The notes under the pieces are model-generated. The model had not been told where the DNA came from, did no database searches, and saw nothing but the letters and a program-made list of their open reading frames with translations. Below, in pieces: positions 19,988 to 30,715 of a stretch of DNA of 64,000 nt. Within the stretch, counting starts at the first letter, position 1. Each line of letters starts with the position of its first letter. Position numbers and translations under genes: made by a program. Source of the stretch: Pseudomonadota bacterium (GTDB lineage Bacteria > Bdellovibrionota_C > UBA2361 > OMII01); NCBI GenBank assembly GCA_038134595.1, contig JAYPVM010000004.1, positions 101,573 through 165,572 on the forward strand, given 5' to 3'.

Positions 19988-20525
19988 TCTATACCTATCA
20001 TTTAACTAATGACCCGACTATGAAGCTAATAAACTACCGCCACAGTATTTTGCGGCCAGTACCCGTTTTAAAGCTGTACCAAAGCGTTAACAACCCCCCA
20101 AGCCAAGGTGCCAAAAACCAAGGTCTTCTAGCTCGTCACGCTGCACCACAAACGGTCCGTGGCGTGACTCAAAAGCCTTTACCTGGAGTGCTCCTATCTA
20201 GTACTTCAGATGCCGCTTGAGGTAATTCGAAGCAGTCAAAGTACATAGCTTAAGTAGTTTCAACAGTATAGGTGTTAAGTTGGATTTGTACTAGGTGTAA
20301 TCTTCGTACTAACTTTACTTTTATCATACAGGCAAGCAGAGTGTTTGGAGCAGTAGGAGGCGGCTCGGCATGTGGAGAAAGACGTGAGATTGGTGTAGCG
20401 TCTATTTAAGTTGTTACGGCAGTCGCGATTTTTTTTTTGAAGATACGCTCTGGGGCGAACGTGAAGGTGGAGGTGCCGGTATTAGGTATGACGATACTAA
20501 GACGGCTACGTTGGATTAATTTACT

Positions 20526-21392
20526 ATGAAACATAAGAGATCGAGCTCGCAAAAAAAACATAATAATTCATATGCTCGGTCTGAGAGGGGAGGGAAAAAC
20601 TCCAGTTCCAAAGGCCTGAAAGTACCACCGGGTACCGCGCTTGTGATGGGAAGACATTGCATCTCGGAGATTTTAAAGTATGAATCAGCCAGATTTCGTG
20701 AGGTTTTTGTTGCTGAACGGCGAGATTCTGGGGAGGCAGTAGACGGGCGCCGTGCTGAACTTATCAATGCATTAAAAGAACTTGGCATTTCTGTTTCCGA
20801 GTTACCAAAACATGAACTTACCGATTTGGTGAGCTCGGAATCTCACCAGGGTTTTGTCGGACTAGTGTCTGTTCGCCCTGTGTTATCACTGGATGCTTTG
20901 GTTGCGCGAGTTGAAGATCAACAAGAGATCGGTATTCTTGCTCTTGATGGGGTTCTCGATCCTCAAAACATGGGGGCAATTCTGAGAGCGGCAGAGTGTT
21001 TTGGGGTGTCTGCAGTCTTGTTTTCTCGAAATCGGAGCGCGGATGTCGGACCTGTTATCGCCAAGGCGAGTGTCGGGGCTAGTGAGTTAATTGATATGTG
21101 TCCAGTTGGTAATCTCTACCAAGCGATTGAGCGATTGAAGGCTGTCGGGGCCTGGAGCATTGGCGCGGTTGTTTCACCGGAGGCAAAAGACTTGGCTAGC
21201 TTTGAATCACCTGAGAAATGGGTCCTTGTCATGGGCTCTGAGGGGTCTGGTATTCAGCGCCTTATTGGAGAGCGACTGGATTTTTCGATTTATATCCCGA
21301 TGCAGGGGCGAATTTCGTCATTAAATGTGAGCCAAGCCACGGCAGTATTTCTAAGTCGTCTTTCGGAATCGGCAACTGCTGTCCACAGCTAG
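20526..21392 (+). CDS. rlmB: 23S rRNA Gm2251 2'-O-methyltransferase (SpoU family)
   Basis: HQGF, LDGVLDPQNMGAILR, GSEGSG and SLNVS motifs. Confidence 0.92.
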   Translation: MKHKRSSSQKKHNNSYARSERGGKNSSSKGLKVPPGTALVMGRHCISEILKYESARFREVFVAERRDSGEAVDGRRAELINALKELGISVSELPKHELTDLVSSESHQGFVGLVSVRPVLSLDALVARVEDQQEIGILALDGVLDPQNMGAILRAAECFGVSAVLFSRNRSADVGPVIAKASVGASELIDMCPVGNLYQAIERLKAVGAWSIGAVVSPEAKDLASFESPEKWVLVMGSEGSGIQRLIGERLDFSIYIPMQGRISSLNVSQATAVFLSRLSESATAVHS

Positions 21393-21686
21393 ATGTCACC
21401 TTAGCCCCAGGGGGAACAAGAAATCCACTGTGGGTGCAGATAGTTATGCTCTTTTAGCGGTAAGCGAAGAGGGAAATTAAAGGGGTAAGAGTCGTAGACA
21501 AAGGTAAGGGCTTGTTGTTAAAGTAACTTAAAGCTTCATTGATTTTGCTAGTCGCTTCAAATTGGGTTTGAAATATCTGGCGAATCAATTACAACTATCG
21601 CTTGGTTTATGAGCGGTACAACGCGTTTCGCTTGAAGGAAAGATGTGAGCACCGGCCGGCGCCACATGTGACACGGATAGTAGACT

Positions 21687-22520
21687 TTGGGAGTGGTAAT
21701 GTCTTCAGGGGAGCAGTTCTCACGATTTTTTGAGGTTAAACTTGACCTGTTTGATGGGCCGATTGATTTGCTCCTTCACTTAGTTAAAAAACGGGAACTC
21801 CCAATCGAAAAAGTTTCGCTGGCCCAAGTTACGGGGCAGTATTTGGAGTGTATTAAATCTCTACAGTATTATGATGTTGAGTTGGCGGCAGAGTATCTGG
21901 TAATAGCTGCAACTCTATTATCAGTAAAGGCTAGTGTGTTGTTACAAGATCCCGTTGAACTGGTGGTCGATGATACTGGAGCACTAGTCGATCCGCATGA
22001 TGAATTGGTTGCACGGCTTCGGGAGCTGGAAGAGATCCGATTGGCGGCAAGTGATCTACAGAAGCGACCAGTTTTAGGTCTTGATGTTTTTGCGCCTCCA
22101 AGCAAAGGCAAAGTAAAGATGGATGCAAATCTTATTCCCTTGGCAGAGCATCAATCGGAATTACTAACGCGAGCGTTTCAGCGGGTACTTGCAAATCTCG
22201 GTGAACGTTCTCAGGTTTTTGAGATCACGGTAGACCCCGTTTCGGTTGTGGAGCGGATGAGGAGTGTGATTGACTCAATCGAATCTGCCGGAGGAAGAAT
22301 TTGCTTCTCTGATTTAGTAGGGAGTAACCCTGAGCGTGTTTCAATCATTGGTGTTTTTATAGCGCTGTTAGAGTTGTGCAAGCGTCACATGATATCAGTG
22401 TCTCAAGACGTTCCTAATGGAGATATCTCTATTCGCAAGGTGTCAGAGGATAGTCAAGGAGAACCCATTGTAGAGAATAGCGATGAGGTTCAGGTGTCTA
22501 GTGTCACAGCTGCTGCCTGA
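21687..22520 (+). CDS. scpA: Segregation/condensation protein A
   Basis: FDGPIDLLLHLV, AEYLVIAATLL and FIALLEL. Confidence 0.93.
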   Translation: MGVVMSSGEQFSRFFEVKLDLFDGPIDLLLHLVKKRELPIEKVSLAQVTGQYLECIKSLQYYDVELAAEYLVIAATLLSVKASVLLQDPVELVVDDTGALVDPHDELVARLRELEEIRLAASDLQKRPVLGLDVFAPPSKGKVKMDANLIPLAEHQSELLTRAFQRVLANLGERSQVFEITVDPVSVVERMRSVIDSIESAGGRICFSDLVGSNPERVSIIGVFIALLELCKRHMISVSQDVPNGDISIRKVSEDSQGEPIVENSDEVQVSSVTAAA

Positions 22521-22576
22521 TAAATTGGCAGATGGGTAAGCGTTCAAAGAAAAATGAAGTGGGAGTTGTTTGAAGG

Positions 22577-23293
22577 ATGAATGAGCAAGCAGAAATACAT
22601 GAGGAAGATCTGGTGCAAGAAATTGCTGAGCCTCAGGTGGCTGAAGGAGACACAGGGGCAAAGCGGAGTCCGGAGCAAGAAGTAGCACTTCTCGAGGCTC
22701 TTTTGCTAGCTCATGGAGACCCAATTGCTTTGTCTAAGCTGCAAGAGGTGTTTGGGCTATCCAAGAAAGAGCTTATGGGTACAGTCGATAGATTACAGGA
22801 ACTGTGTCTTGCAGAAACGCGAGGTATTGAGGTCGTTGTTGTTGGCGAGAAGCTTCAGATGCGGACTAAGTCGTGTTTTGCTGAACAGATTCGACAAGTG
22901 ATGGCGGTAAAACCTCGAAGACTCTCTCAGGCGGCTCTTGAAACTCTCTCTGTGATTGCATATCGACAGCCGATTGTAAAAAGTGAGATGGATAAGATTC
23001 GGGGAGTTGATGTCTCACCTACCTTAAAGACGCTTTCAGAGCGACAATTAATCAAGATTCTAGGATATCAAGCCTCTGTCGGGCAGCCCGCGTTGTATGG
23101 GACTACCGATGAATTTTTAAAAATCTTTGGGCTTCCGTCGCTTTCGGCTTTGCCAGCAATTGGTGATTTGCAGGCACTGATAAAGGAACCAGGCGAGGCG
23201 CAACAGGCGCAGGAGGAGCATCTTGTCGAAGATGATGAAGAGCAGGCTCAAACAGGGGCTCCCGCCACGCAAGAGCAGAGCACGAGCTTGTAG
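22577..23293 (+). CDS. scpB: Segregation/condensation protein B
   Basis: LSQAALETLSVIAYRQP, IRGVD and LYGTTDEFLKIFGL. Confidence 0.95.
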   Translation: MNEQAEIHEEDLVQEIAEPQVAEGDTGAKRSPEQEVALLEALLLAHGDPIALSKLQEVFGLSKKELMGTVDRLQELCLAETRGIEVVVVGEKLQMRTKSCFAEQIRQVMAVKPRRLSQAALETLSVIAYRQPIVKSEMDKIRGVDVSPTLKTLSERQLIKILGYQASVGQPALYGTTDEFLKIFGLPSLSALPAIGDLQALIKEPGEAQQAQEEHLVEDDEEQAQTGAPATQEQSTSL

Positions 23294-23445
23294 TTGGGCC
23301 GTAAGGCGAGTATATCGGGTCGTTTTTTCTTACCTTTTTGGCAAAATGTGACTGAAAGCGGCTGCGGGTAGTGCTTTATGTAGTGTAATCTGTACAATGA
23401 GGTTGCAGGGTTCGTTTGTCCTGCATTGGGAGTGCAAAATTTCGT

Positions 23446-24357
23446 ATGACTCGTATTAGATTGCAAAAATTCTTGGCAGAGTGTGGTGTTGGTTCTCGCC
23501 GAAAGATGGAAGAGTCTATTCGAGAGGGCAGGGTGCGTGTCAATGGGATGGTTGTTACGACCCTGGGGAAACAGATTGATCCAACGCATGATTCGGTGGA
23601 GTTTAATCGGCGGAAGGTTCGACCACTTGAAAAAGGATTAATGCTTCTCAATAAACCTCGTGGAGTAGTTTCAACGCTTAGCGATCCCGAGGGAAGGCGC
23701 ACGGTCGGAGACTTTCTTACTAAGAAGCAGTACTCGTATTTTCCAGTTGGGAGGTTGGACTGGGACTCAACGGGACTTATGTTGCTGACAAACGATGGTG
23801 AGCTCGCTGAGCGACTGATGCATCCTCGTTACGGTTTTGAGAGAGTATACCATGCAAGAGTAGAAGGCTCTGTTTCCGTTTCGACTTTAACGAAATTACA
23901 AAGAGGAATCCGTCTGTCGGGAGTAGTCGTCAAGGCTGCGGGAGCTATCCTCAAGAGTGATTCAAACTCGACTTGGATTGAGGTTACCATTGCCGAGGGA
24001 AGAAATCGGGTTGTTCGTCGTATCTTTGAAAAACTCGGGCATCCTGTGATCAAATTGAAGCGAATTGTATACGGACCCTTGAAACTAGGAAAGCTTCAGG
24101 TAGGTCAGGTTCGGACTCTTACCCAGTCTGAGTATGAGAACGTCCGAAAAAAAGTTTTTAGTAATAAACAGAGTGAATCGACTGAGAAGGGTGCTGTCGC
24201 CGCAAACAGAAACGACACCACAGAGAAAGATGGCGTTGCAAAGTCCCCTTCAGTAAAAACTCTGGGGAAAAGGGATAGAAAACAATCGAATACCGGGTCC
24301 ACAAAGAAAAGCAGTCGAACAAGGAGAGGTCAAAACACTCGCCGAAGAATCAGATAG
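23446..24357 (+). CDS. rluB: RluB/RsuA-family pseudouridine synthase
   Basis: S4 domain RLQKFLA...SRR, catalytic GRLD and EGRNR; typical scpA-scpB-rluB order. Confidence 0.85.
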   Translation: MTRIRLQKFLAECGVGSRRKMEESIREGRVRVNGMVVTTLGKQIDPTHDSVEFNRRKVRPLEKGLMLLNKPRGVVSTLSDPEGRRTVGDFLTKKQYSYFPVGRLDWDSTGLMLLTNDGELAERLMHPRYGFERVYHARVEGSVSVSTLTKLQRGIRLSGVVVKAAGAILKSDSNSTWIEVTIAEGRNRVVRRIFEKLGHPVIKLKRIVYGPLKLGKLQVGQVRTLTQSEYENVRKKVFSNKQSESTEKGAVAANRNDTTEKDGVAKSPSVKTLGKRDRKQSNTGSTKKSSRTRRGQNTRRRIR

Positions 24358-24507
24358 TAAACGTTTTATGCAAAAAACTCCCCGCTTCTAGTTGCTACTA
24401 ACGGTGTATGTGTGTAGTATCGGTAGACCGTTACGGAGCAGGACAGCTCTTCAGAAAATATAGCTGGAGAGATTGAAAGTCTTAGTTGGTCAGTATCGGA
24501 TGCTTAT

Positions 24508-24585
24508 TGCGGGGTAGAGCAGCCCGGTTAGCTCGTCAGGCTCATAACCTGGAGGTCGTGGGTTCAAATCCCACCCCCGCTTCCA
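24508..24585 (+). tRNA. tRNA-Met(CAT), initiator type
   Basis: Cloverleaf TGCGGGGTAGAGCAGCCCGGTTAGCTCGTCAGGCTCATAACCTGGAGGTCGTGGGTTCAAATCCCACCCCCGCTTCCA with 1:72 mismatch, A11-U24 pair and encoded CCA. Confidence 0.92.
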
Positions 24586-25081
24586 TTTTTTCTTTTTTCG
24601 TTCATTTTTCATTTATTACATATTTAGCTTGCTTCCACGGGCGAATTTAGACCGACGCGGTTACCATGTGCAGATTAGAGCAGCGAATTAGTTGACTAGT
24701 CGGCTTTGTGGTCGAGTGAATCTTTCAACCATAGTAGATGAAAGCAGCTGATAGGAGATAGGCTTTAGTCTACGGCGCCATGTTCCAATAGACTCACGTT
24801 GGAAGGGGGTGTGTGAATAGGTGCACCGGCGGGTCCGGCTTGAGGTACAGGAGTCCTTGTAGCTGAGTTTGTGAAAACGAGTAAGCCAGCAAGGACCATA
24901 AGCTCGGAATCTTGCATCTAGCCGTATTGAAATAAAAGCCACCAGTTTGGTCGGGCGACACTTTTGATAAGTTTGAAGGTTATCAGAAGGTAACGGACCA
25001 GGCTTGTGGGGATATAGCTGCCGTGCGGAAAGGTACGCGCGATACGCGAATCTAAAGTTTTCAACGCCTTGCGGGAAAGCT

Positions 25082-25414
25082 TTAGTATTCTTTATCTATC
25101 TCGTCATCGGAGATAGTCTCTCCGTTGATGGCGCGACGCAAAAGCTGACTTGGCTTAAATTTCACTACTTTTCTAGCACGTAGTATTATGGTCTCCCGAG
25201 TTTGAGGGTTTCTCCCACGTCGAGCAGGTTTTGACTTTACTTCGTAGCAACCGAAGCCGGAGAGCATAACCTTGCCGTCTCGGTCTAGAGCTTCTTTTAT
25301 TAGCTCGATGTAGTCTTCAATGATGAGCGCAGCTTTTTGCTTGTCGGTATCAATAGCTGCATATATCGCATCAGCTAAGTCTGCCTTTGTTAAACAATAG
25401 CGAGAGTTGCCCAT
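25082..25414 (-). CDS. ihfA: Integration host factor alpha / HU-family DNA-binding protein
   Basis: LTKADLAD, KVMLSGFG, RRGRNPQT and VVKFKPSQLLR. Confidence 0.85.
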   Translation of the reverse strand: MGNSRYCLTKADLADAIYAAIDTDKQKAALIIEDYIELIKEALDRDGKVMLSGFGCYEVKSKPARRGRNPQTRETIILRARKVVKFKPSQLLRRAINGETISDDEIDKEY

Positions 25415-25856
25415 AGTGGTTCTCCAATTTTTGATACGTTTGATCGTCAATTATCGTACTTTGTTAAGGATGACAAGATGTTGCGAAAGGAAGCTGAGTA
25501 GAGAAGTATTCAATCACCAACAAGGCGGCCTTCCTTTTGTTACTCAGATTCTTCTTCGAGCAGTGCTAGTCAATAATCATGTCACGACCAGGTGTCTCTA
25601 TAAGTCTAGCGATTCTGGTTGTTTAACACAATCCCAGTATATAAGACGCACAAGCTAGGGGATATAGATTCAGTAAGTTATGAATATCTCGTTTTTAAAT
25701 TAAAAGACCCATATGCCACACGCTGTTTATAAAAATACGTTCTATATTATACGGCGATAAAAACAGATAAACGGGGCGCAGATCCGCAAGTCTTGAGTCC
25801 TACTGACCTTTCGCGGAGGGCAATTCATGAATCGTTGGGAGGTTATTTGCCGCCTA

Positions 25857-28800
25857 CTAGTCCTTGGGGCTCTCTGGGAGTGGACTAAACAAACTTTCGA
25901 GATCTCTCTTGGTAAGCTTAACGGTGGACAGTCCATTTTCATTGATTAAGGCATCGACAAGCTGCGATTTTTTGGCTTTAAGCGCCATAATCTTCTGTTC
26001 GACTGAATCCTCGGTTACTAGTCTGTATACTGATACGGCTTTGTTTTGTCCGATTCTATGTGCTCTATCGACCGCTTGGCTTTCGACCGCAGGATTCCAC
26101 CACGGATCGTATATGATCACCGTGTCGGCTGCCATGAGGTTTAATCCTGCACCGCCTGCCTTTAGGCTAATTAAAAATAGTCGAACGGATTCGTCATCTG
26201 TAAAGCGGTCGATAAGGTCCTGTCTGTCCTTAGTTGCACCGTCAAGGTAGAGATGACTCGTTCCGATTTCCTCGAGCCAGGAGCGTATTATTGAAAGCAT
26301 CCCCCGGAATTGACTAAACAGGAGTATCTTTCTGCCGGATTCTAGAGCTTCAAGCACAACATCCTTTAGTAAATTGAACTTTCCAGAGTCAAAGCCGGGC
26401 AGTTCAGAGAAGGCGTCGATTGAATTGGGATGATTGCATACCTGTCGTAGTCGTAGGAGCGCTGCTAAAATTGAAACGCTCGCGCCCGGGATGCCTTTTT
26501 TGTTGATGGCGTCAAAAACTTTCGGTCGAACTTCATTGAGTATTTGGTTGTAGAGGTGCTTCTGGCTCGGTGTCATCTCGACATGCAGCTCTGATTCTAT
26601 CTTGGGCGGCAACTCTTTTTCTACTTCGGCCTTTAATCTTCGAAGTATAAAAGGACGCGTCTTCGCGTTCAGCATGCTAGCAATTTCACCGGACGTACCC
26701 CCCTCAAGAATTGGTCGTTCAATGTTGGAGCGGAAAAATTCCTGTGAACCAAGATAGCCCGGCATTAGGAAATCCATAATCGACCAGAGTTCCATAGGAC
26801 GATTTTCGGTGGGAGTACCAGTGAGAGCCAATCGGTGTTCTGCTCGGAGGGCTTTCGCCGCTTTGGTTGTCGTCGCTAGCGGGTTTTTGATGTTCTGAGC
26901 CTCGTCGAGAACCAGATAGGAAAACTCTTGTCTTTCGAGTTCGTACCGATCGAGGCGTAGAAGAGCATATGAGGTTAATACAAAATCAAATGAGGCAATG
27001 TCATTGAAGTGAGCCTTACGACCCGGACCATGAAGCATCAAAACTGAGGAGTTGGGGGTGAATTTCTTGATCTCGTAACTCCAGTTGGTGATAACTGATG
27101 TTGGAGCAACAATGAGTACTGGTTTTCCGCCTGTTTTTCTCCTTCGTTTATCTTTGAGTGCCTGAAAAAATGCTAGTGTTTGTACCGTTTTTCCAAGTCC
27201 CATTTCATCCGCAAGGATTCCACTTAATTGAAATTCATGTAAGAAATTTAGCCAGCTAATTCCATCTTCTTGGTAATGGCGTAATGTGCCTGTAAAACCC
27301 TTTGTGGCTTTGACTCGTTTGACCTCCGAGAAGGAGGATAGTTTTTCGTTGAGGGCGCTTAGATTCTTATCGAGAGAGACGGAGAAGCCGGAATCGTTTA
27401 TCCGACTTAAGCTAATGGCTTGTGCTAATGAAAGTTGCGTTTTAATCGTGTTGCTAACCCGACAATTTGGGTCGATCATCCCGAGAACTGATTTCAATTG
27501 TGCAACGCTACCCCCTGGCACTCGAGCATAAGCACCGTTGTCTAACCTGGTCCACCGATCTGAATCGTGCTTCACGTTCTTGAATACCGAGGATATCGGT
27601 AGGTTGGCATTGTTTTGAACGACGGATATTTTGCAGTCGAACCAGTCTATTGATGATGTCTGGGGTTGTTTTTTCTTCGATTCTGGCGATGGTTTTGCTT
27701 CCGAAGTATTGGCCTGTGTTGAAAGGGATACGGCTACGTTTAGAGATGCAAACTTAACGCTTTTTCGGATGGCATCAAATCCGTTTAGTTTCCAGTCTTG
27801 TTTAAACTGCAGGTAGCCTTCGTGGATAAAATCAAGGGCATGGTCCCCTGAGATGAGATATCTGCGATTTTCTGAAAGTCCGGAGAAGCCGGTTCGAAGT
27901 AGCAGGGCTATGCACTCGTTTTCGTATGTTCTATCTCGGATATAGAGCGTGTTTGAGTTGGAGCGCGGACGAGGGTACTCGAAATCAAGTATGGCGAATA
28001 ATTCAAGGCTTCGATTAGATGTGAAGTGATCGGAGACAACATTTCTTTTCTCAATGTGCAACACGGCAGTCGGCTCTTTTACTTCAACCTTAGGTTGCCT
28101 GTCTTCATTGATGATTCGAATGGTATTTCCATCTTCATCGGCGATATCAATGAGTGCTTCGATAATTGGACCAGCTTGTGTAATCGGAATTGAGAAGGTG
28201 TTAGATGTGCCAAAAATCGAAGCTATTCGACCAGCTTGGGGAGATAAGCGGTGGATGGTGTGATCGATTGTGGTCCAAAAAGGGCCAGTGCCGAAGATGT
28301 CGTGTTCCCGTGGTATTTCAGAGGTTTTGTTGCCTTCGGATCGAACCCAGTTCATCGATAATTCAAGGGTGTCTTTTAACCACGTCAGTATAAGAACAGC
28401 ATGCAGCGGCTGTTTGCTTATGCGGATCGGATGAAGGGTGCTGACAGAAAGAATAGAATCGTACTCTTGAATTAGCCCCAAGACAATTTCAATGCCGTTA
28501 CTTGAATTGATATACCAGGTTCTTGACCCGTCATCCCACGAGCCCTCATCCTCCAGGATTTGAAGGAGAATGTTGTCAAGGGCTCTGCTGGAGGTTCTCT
28601 TGAACCCATCAAAAATGGATGGCTCTTGCTCTTGATCGTCAAAGGCAACACGAATACCCAGTCTATCGCTTGATAGATCCATGAGTATCGAAACTAGTGG
28701 CGTATACGCTTTGCCTACGCCCTGAAGGGAGCTTTCTGCCGAGCTTGCTTCCGATGTAAACGCATGGAGATCTCGAATTGCGGTGGCAACATCTACTGGA

Positions 28801-29168
28801 GAGTTGGGATTCACTCGAAATGTTGCTTCTCGTTCAGAAAATCCTCCGTTTGGATCGAAGAAATCTAATTCGGATGCTCGGACCAAGATGGCGATCGCGT
28901 GCGGACACCATTGTTCAGCCATCTCAGTGCGAGAGCAGCACGAGCATGAGGCTTCTACTTCGCTCGAAGAGATTACCGACAGCGTTATCGAAAAGGTGTT
29001 GTCGTCATCTTCTTTAACGATGCCAGTGATGAGGTGTCCTGCACAACTACACTCTGGTATGAGGTTGAGGGCAACGAGGTTCATTCCTTTCTCAACAACT
29101 GAAAATGGAGCAAGTTTTTTGATGTGAGAGAGGATCTTAGTTCGAACGGGAGATTGTGAGCCTAGCAT
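25857..29168 (-). CDS. SWIM-zinc-finger SNF2-family helicase/ATPase
   Basis: CSC...WCPH SWIM motif; LADEMGLGKT, DEAQ, TGTP, LLRLRQ, DPWWNP and DRAHRIGQ. Confidence 0.93.
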   Translation of the reverse strand: MLGSQSPVRTKILSHIKKLAPFSVVEKGMNLVALNLIPECSCAGHLITGIVKEDDDNTFSITLSVISSSEVEASCSCCSRTEMAEQWCPHAIAILVRASELDFFDPNGGFSEREATFRVNPNSPVDVATAIRDLHAFTSEASSAESSLQGVGKAYTPLVSILMDLSSDRLGIRVAFDDQEQEPSIFDGFKRTSSRALDNILLQILEDEGSWDDGSRTWYINSSNGIEIVLGLIQEYDSILSVSTLHPIRISKQPLHAVLILTWLKDTLELSMNWVRSEGNKTSEIPREHDIFGTGPFWTTIDHTIHRLSPQAGRIASIFGTSNTFSIPITQAGPIIEALIDIADEDGNTIRIINEDRQPKVEVKEPTAVLHIEKRNVVSDHFTSNRSLELFAILDFEYPRPRSNSNTLYIRDRTYENECIALLLRTGFSGLSENRRYLISGDHALDFIHEGYLQFKQDWKLNGFDAIRKSVKFASLNVAVSLSTQANTSEAKPSPESKKKQPQTSSIDWFDCKISVVQNNANLPISSVFKNVKHDSDRWTRLDNGAYARVPGGSVAQLKSVLGMIDPNCRVSNTIKTQLSLAQAISLSRINDSGFSVSLDKNLSALNEKLSSFSEVKRVKATKGFTGTLRHYQEDGISWLNFLHEFQLSGILADEMGLGKTVQTLAFFQALKDKRRRKTGGKPVLIVAPTSVITNWSYEIKKFTPNSSVLMLHGPGRKAHFNDIASFDFVLTSYALLRLDRYELERQEFSYLVLDEAQNIKNPLATTTKAAKALRAEHRLALTGTPTENRPMELWSIMDFLMPGYLGSQEFFRSNIERPILEGGTSGEIASMLNAKTRPFILRRLKAEVEKELPPKIESELHVEMTPSQKHLYNQILNEVRPKVFDAINKKGIPGASVSILAALLRLRQVCNHPNSIDAFSELPGFDSGKFNLLKDVVLEALESGRKILLFSQFRGMLSIIRSWLEEIGTSHLYLDGATKDRQDLIDRFTDDESVRLFLISLKAGGAGLNLMAADTVIIYDPWWNPAVESQAVDRAHRIGQNKAVSVYRLVTEDSVEQKIMALKAKKSQLVDALINENGLSTVKLTKRDLESLFSPLPESPKD

Positions 29169-29466
29169 TGCGGTATAGTATCATAAAATTTGTGCGTTAG
29201 CAGGGGGCTAATAGCAAAAACTACCCCTTGGTGCCTTCGACCATCAGTTACTTGAAATCGGATAGAAAGTATAGGGGAAGGAGCGCAGAGCAGCAAGGTT
29301 TGAAGCCTTGATGAGATTGCTTAGATTGCACAGAGGGGAGTGGCTTGCATTTGAAAGCGATTGAATCGGGATCTTGTTCGTATTGGGAATAAATCCTCTT
29401 AATTCATGACCTTTTTCGCTTTAGTATCTTCCGTTTGTGTAGTTGTCAGAGTAGCATGAGGTCGTT

Positions 29467-30693
29467 ATGCAAGAGTGTTCGTTTCCGAGAAAAAAGATAA
29501 ACATCCTTCTTTTGGAAGGAATTCATGATGCGTGCGTTGATAATTTTGCTCAGGCTGGCTATAGCGCTACGCGGATAGACACTGCCATGAGCGAGCAAGA
29601 GCTCTTAGAGGCTATTGGCTCGGTGCATATTTTGGGTGTTCGCTCAAAAACAACAGTGACATCGAAGGTTTTGGCGGAAGCAAAAAACTTACTGGCAATC
29701 GGTTGTTTTTGTATCGGTACGGATCAGGTGGCCCTCGAGGCGAGTACTGATAGGGGGGTTCCGGTTTTCAATGCTCCATTTAGTAATACAAGAAGTGTTG
29801 CAGAATTGACGATCGCAGAAATTGTAATGTTGGCCAGAAAGGCGGCGCATAAAAGCAAGCTTTTGCATGAGGGAACGTGGGACAAATCTGCCTCAGGGTG
29901 TTGCGAAGTAAGAAACAAGAGTGTTGGCATTGTGGGCTATGGGCACATCGGCCCTCAGGTGGGATTACTAGCTGAAGCTCTCGGGATGAGGGTCTACTAC
30001 TATGACGTGGTGAATAAGCTTCCCTTAGGTAATGCAACGCCCGTTAGTTCTTTGGAAGAATTGTGTCGTGTCAGTGATTTCATCACTCTCCATGTCCCAG
30101 AAACCCCCGAGACAATCAATATGATTTCCGAGCAACAGATTGGGTGGATGAGAGATGGGAGTTATCTTCTTAATCTTAGTCGAGGCCGAGTGGTAGATCT
30201 TGATGCGCTCAAGGTGGCATTGTTGGCAGAGAAGCTTGCCGGAGCGGCCATAGACGTATATCCAAATGAGCCGCGCTCGAACGGAGAGTTGTTTCATTGC
30301 AGCTTAAGTGGACTACCGAATGTAATTCTCACGCCTCATATCGGCGGTAGCACACTTGAGGCGCAACGGAACATTGGTTTGGAGGTGTCATCAACATTGA
30401 TAAAATACATTGAGACCGGAAGCACCACTGGAGCGGTTAACTTCCCGGCAGTAGAATTGCCGATAGTTAGGGATAGCCATCGAGTTCTTAATATACACCG
30501 CAACGTCCCTGGAGTACTGGGAGTTATCAATTCGATTATAGCTGAGCGAGGCGGTAATATTCGGGCCCAGTATCTAGAGACGCGTGGAAGTGTTGGGTAC
30601 CTTATCATCGATATCGACCGCGATATATCTTCAGTCGTTAAAGAGGATATCGATAGTTTAGAGACGAGTATCAAGACGCGAATTGTGTACTAG
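29467..30693 (+). CDS. serA: D-3-phosphoglycerate dehydrogenase
   Basis: GCFCIGTDQV, NAPFSNTRSVAE, TPHIGGST and a C-terminal ACT domain (HRNVPGVL). Confidence 0.96.
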   Translation: MQECSFPRKKINILLLEGIHDACVDNFAQAGYSATRIDTAMSEQELLEAIGSVHILGVRSKTTVTSKVLAEAKNLLAIGCFCIGTDQVALEASTDRGVPVFNAPFSNTRSVAELTIAEIVMLARKAAHKSKLLHEGTWDKSASGCCEVRNKSVGIVGYGHIGPQVGLLAEALGMRVYYYDVVNKLPLGNATPVSSLEELCRVSDFITLHVPETPETINMISEQQIGWMRDGSYLLNLSRGRVVDLDALKVALLAEKLAGAAIDVYPNEPRSNGELFHCSLSGLPNVILTPHIGGSTLEAQRNIGLEVSSTLIKYIETGSTTGAVNFPAVELPIVRDSHRVLNIHRNVPGVLGVINSIIAERGGNIRAQYLETRGSVGYLIIDIDRDISSVVKEDIDSLETSIKTRIVY

Positions 30694-30715
30694 TAAAACG
30701 GTTTGAATTAGATAG

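Noticed and set aside
19988..20525. ncRNA in long intergenic regions (also 52870-53340 and 56634-57270)
   Set aside because: No recognisable RNase P, SRP, tmRNA or riboswitch motifs; only short, weak hairpins.
25857..29168. SNF2 helicase as part of a defence island
   Set aside because: It is a stand-alone SWIM-SNF2 among housekeeping genes, with no methylase or nuclease partners.
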